64,000 nucleotides of DNA. It comes from Takakia lepidozioides. Lineage: Eukaryota; Plantae; Bryophyta. Below the pieces are notes generated by a model. That model was given only the letters and a program-made list of their open reading frames with translations. It was not told where the DNA came from and made no database searches. Shown piece after piece: positions 60,277 through 64,000 of this stretch. Position 1 is the first letter of the stretch, and the number at the start of each line of letters is the position of its first letter. Location: assembly GCA_030704615.1 (NCBI GenBank), contig CM060732.1:22692001-22756000 (forward strand), written 5' to 3'. The position numbers and the translations under genes were made by a program.

Positions 60277-62249
60277 ATGAGTGATGAAAGAGAAGCTAGA
60301 CGCCAAAGATATTCAGCAAAAAGAGAAAGCTATCTGAAAGCTAATTATCCATATCTTTGGGAGAGAGGAATAGACAAATCATCTGGACCTCTCACACCAT
60401 TAAGATCAGAGAATATTTCACCCATACCGGAAGAACTAGAGTTGGATGCCACTCCTTCTTTTTCTTTGCAAGAAAGATTAAGAGAATTGGTACGGGAAGA
60501 AGATCAATCACGAGGGGAAAGATCTGAGGTACATCCCTTGATAAAAGATTTGACAGAAATCTTTGATAAGAGTTGGCATGGAACACCAAAAGCAGGAACT
60601 CCAGCTTCTGAAGTGGAGGCTGAAGAAGGAGGAGAGGATGTGGCAGAGCCAACGGAGAGTTCAGACTCTCCAACACCATTGCAGTTGAGTTACATGAGTG
60701 AAGAAGAAACCCAAGGGCAGAACTTGGAGGATGAAAATAGAGAGAAGAAATTGGAAGATGAAGAGTATGAAGAAGTAGACCCAACAGCTGAGGTTGAAAC
60801 TACAACCAGGACATCCCAACCCGTTGGACCTGGATCAAGTGGAGCACTTGGATCACAGGCCAACGAAGGTGTCGGCTCAGGGGGATCAGGCGGGCTGCCT
60901 GGATCTGGCTCTGGGGGGACTGGGAGTGTGGGAAGTAGTGCAACTGGAGCTGGGAATACTGTGAATATCGTGGGGCCAGTAGCAAGGAGTGCTCAAGGGC
61001 CACCACTTGGTGGAAGATCCACCACAACAACAACAGGTCCTGAAGGACCAGCACCAGCAAGGGTGCCAGCACCTGTCAGTGGACAGAAGGTAGGGCCACA
61101 GATGGCGTTAGAAACCAACACGGGCAAAACCACCTTTTCCAATATATTCAGGAAAAGGGGATCCCGATGTACACATTAACCAATTTGAGCACATGTGTAT
61201 AGTGAACAATGAGAATGGCGATGATGCCAAGATGAGATTGTTTCCTTGTTCACTTATCAAGAAAGCAAGTGAATGGTATGCAAGATTCCCTGATAATCAT
61301 TTCCTAACCTGGAATGGCTTGAATACAGCATTCCGAAATAGGTTCAGGACAAGTAAAACTGAGGATGAAGTGTATGGAAGTTTACAACAGTTAAAGCAAA
61401 AGAAGCATGAAACTGTTGAGGAGTATATGGAAAAGATGGAATTGATGATGAAAAAGTTGGCTGCTGTACCAGCACCAGGTTTACAGAAGACTTGGTTTGT
61501 GAGTGGACTAAGACCAGAGTTGCAAAAGAAAGTGGATATGTTACCCCATAATACAATGGAGAAGGCATTTGAAACTGCAAACAGAATTGAGCAATTGGGA
61601 ATGCTCAGGAGAGAGAAAAGGGATGATGAGGACTCTGAGGATGAGTCAGATGAAGAAGAAGAGCAAGAACTAAAAAGGAAAAGTAAGAAAAAAGAGAAGT
61701 TGAAGAGGGATAACTATGAGAAAAGATTAGAAGAAATCTTAAAGAAGTATGCCACAGAGGCTGCAACACATTGGAGGAAGGGTGTATGGTGTGCAAAGTG
61801 CCAGAATGAAGGCCATACCACCACTGAATGCCACATGAAGGAGAAACACTGTACTATCTGTAAAATGGATAACCATTCTACTAAGAATTGTTACTACAAC
61901 AGAAGGACAGTTGCAAGAGAACCTAGGCAAGTAAGGGTGCATCAGGTGCAGCCCCAGCCAAGAAGAAACAATGATCAGGACCACTATGGTAGGTCTGGTG
62001 GTTATAACAATGGCATGGAATGGAGAGGTAATTTAAGAGGGAATTACCAAGGAAATTCTAGAGGCAAGTATTTGGGTAATCCAAGGGGGAATTACCAGCC
62101 CAGGAATCAAGATTACAGAAATAATCCAAGAGCAGACCAAGGGCGAGGACCCAATGGTGAAGAATTGTGTTACTATTGTAATCAGCCAGGACATCGCAAG
62201 GCAGCCTGTTCATTCTGGATTAGACACCAGAATGAGATGAGAGCTCCTA
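60277..62249 (+). pseudogene. gag: gag of element A, truncated by element D
   Basis: Near-identical to 44862-46830, with a frameshift at about 61120. Similarity ends at GAGCTCCT(A)|TGTCG. Confidence 0.9.
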
Positions 62250-64000
62250 TGTCGTGCGCATACATATCGCTACACAACTACATCGCTGTCCAAACCACAC
62301 CACACATATATGCACAATAAAGTAGTCTGCCACAATGATAAACAAGCTAAAAAAAGGACACACACTCCCAACACAAGAAATATAAAATCCATCGCTATCA
62401 CTCATTGAAACAAAAGTCGAGCCAGGGGCACCCCAAGCTATGTGGACTCCACCCCACAATAACCTGTACCCCTACATAAGCACACTCAAACCTAAACACA
62501 TGCAGGAGCTCGGTCGCGCAGGCTCAACTCGAGAGAGATGAGCCGCGCGACTGCCGCTCTCGTGAAGATAAGACGGACCAGGTGTCAAACTAAACTTGAC
62601 ACCTGATTTAACACTTGACCTAAATCCAAGTGTTAAGTACAAATAACTAGTTTTATTCTAGCTGTTTTCACACTGTGCTTATTTAACTTGACAGCTGTCG
62701 TGCGCATACATATCGCTACACAACTACATCGCTGTCCAAACCACACCACACATATATGCACAATAAAGTAGTCTGCCACAATCGCCCCCTTAGCTGGTGG
62801 ATAGGTCCCTCTACCTCCAGATAGCTACAAGATGAAATAGCCACAACCGTACTAAGTCCTCTATCCCTATCCCTATTGTACTCAAACTCTATAGACCAAG
62901 AGGCCGGGTACAAGAGTAGCCCCATCGTTAGTCACCGTCTTGCAATCTGTGAACTTGAGCCAGGATCTCGTGTGTTCAAGGTCTCCTAGTAGCTGGGCCT
63001 TGCGTTTCTTGTTAGCCTTCCATGGTTGTATCCACTCCCACTATCCAATGCAATGTGGACATAACCAATCCCCATCTGGAACCATCTCAAGAGGTGGAGT
63101 CAAGCATCCCATATGCCAACCTCTAGAGCATCGATCACACACCAGCATGGTGGCTGCCCCTTTAGCAGACCCACACAACATGCACCTCAAACCTGCAGAT
63201 ACCACTGCCAGGTTTGGGTCAATCCTGCCATCAACATTCGGAAGGTGACATGGCGCACAATTACGCACATGGTCCTTCCAAGTTATGCCATCCCGACCCT
63301 CCAAGACCAAGACGCCTGAAGGCAAGACCTCTCGAACCCTCAAAATAACACGTCCTGCAGTCACATCCAGGGTCGTAGGAGCAGTCTGCTGCAGATAGAC
63401 ATAGTCACCAGGGTTGAATCTCCGAACCCCAGGACGATAGCCCCCACCACGTATGGTAGCATACCTCAACGTATCACGATGTTGTGCAATGGCAAGGTTC
63501 TCGAAAGCCATGGGCATGACTCTCTTGAACAACTCTGCACGCTGCTCACATGCACGTGCCCACACGTCCGGATCGTCAAGGTTAAGAACTGTAGCAGCTT
63601 CTCTGCGAATGGATGTAGGCAAATCCGGCTCTCGGCCAAAGAGAAGAAAGTATGGTGAGAAGGAGGCAAGTGATGCTTGCTTGCTGAACCTGTAGCCCAT
63701 GGCTAACCAGGGTAACTGAAGGTCCCAATCTCCTAGGTGTCCCTTCTGCAAGCCATACTTGCGCAAACCCCTCTTTACTGTCTGAACAACTCTCTCTGCC
63801 AAGCCATCGGCCTCAGGATGATCCCGAGAAGTGGTGCGGTGGTCTATCAAGGCCTTGTCACACAAAGCTTGAAACTCCCCCAAGAACTCTCTCCCTTGGT
63901 CCGTGAGTACCTCAGCTGGAGCACCGAATCGGCTAAGCACACAATCCAAGAATGCATACGCAGCTCCCTCACTAGCCTTATCAGGCAATGGAACCAATTC
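62250..64000 (-). mobile_element. Element D: 3' end of a Ty3/gypsy element (3' LTR 62250-62780, PPT about 62784-62791)
   Basis: TG...CA LTR immediately downstream of the purine tract AAGGGGG(CGAT) on the minus strand. The integrase ORF lies upstream. Confidence 0.85.
63041..64000 (-). CDS. Ty3/gypsy integrase (core and C-terminus) with a terminal PHD finger
   Basis: RFGAPAEVLTDQGREF...HPEADGLAER...SPYFLLFGR, ending in CMLCGSAKGAATMLVCDRCSRGWHMGCLTPPLEMVPDGDWLCPHC (C4HC3 PHD). Confidence 0.92.
   Translation of the reverse strand, partial: ELVPLPDKASEGAAYAFLDCVLSRFGAPAEVLTDQGREFLGEFQALCDKALIDHRTTSRDHPEADGLAERVVQTVKRGLRKYGLQKGHLGDWDLQLPWLAMGYRFSKQASLASFSPYFLLFGREPDLPTSIRREAATVLNLDDPDVWARACEQRAELFKRVMPMAFENLAIAQHRDTLRYATIRGGGYRPGVRRFNPGDYVYLQQTAPTTLDVTAGRVILRVREVLPSGVLVLEGRDGITWKDHVRNCAPCHLPNVDGRIDPNLAVVSAGLRCMLCGSAKGAATMLVCDRCSRGWHMGCLTPPLEMVPDGDWLCPHCIG

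Larger units (their letters stand above)
41502..62249 (+). mobile_element. Family A non-chromovirus Ty3/gypsy element (outermost; own sequence 41502-42602 and 59720-62249), interrupted by elements B and D
   Basis: 5' LTR at 41502-42545 (TG...CA), followed by PBS TGGCGACCATACTGGGGA (tRNA-Arg-like). The sequence resumes after the TCTGG TSD at 59720 with ORF0 and gag. Confidence 0.9.

Overview
This is eukaryotic nuclear DNA with GT-AG introns. It most likely comes from a land plant, and a non-seed plant is my inference from the PLS-type PPR relics, the PHD-integrase and Penelope-like elements and the gene similarities. Two host genes look intact: a 10-exon organellar (mitochondrial-type) ribosomal protein L1 gene (13510-19075, -) and an intronless GT25-like type II membrane glycosyltransferase (22441-23289, +). 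The rest is mostly transposon-derived. There are four L1/Tx1-like LINE relics and a 6-9.3 kb patch of single exons from unrelated host genes (TPP2, eIF3d, biotin carboxylase, F-box, GT31 GALT). There are also TTAA-flanked piggyBac-like elements, a decayed PPR gene and a Penelope-like RT fragment. A nest of Ty3/gypsy elements fills 35-64 kb and includes a chromovirus and an element whose integrase ends in a PHD finger. The most striking observation is two highly diverged, intron-containing genes with the motif order of beta-class amino (N4C/N6A) DNA methyltransferases (2-1905 + and 37313-38944 -). They share three intron positions, carry a non-canonical D-I-P/L-D-G motif IV, and each ends near a hAT-like CAGGG terminus with C(G/A)TGAGC subterminal repeats. 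This suggests a DNA-transposon family carrying a bacterial-type methyltransferase-like gene. All protein family calls come from motif recognition by eye; no database searches were run.
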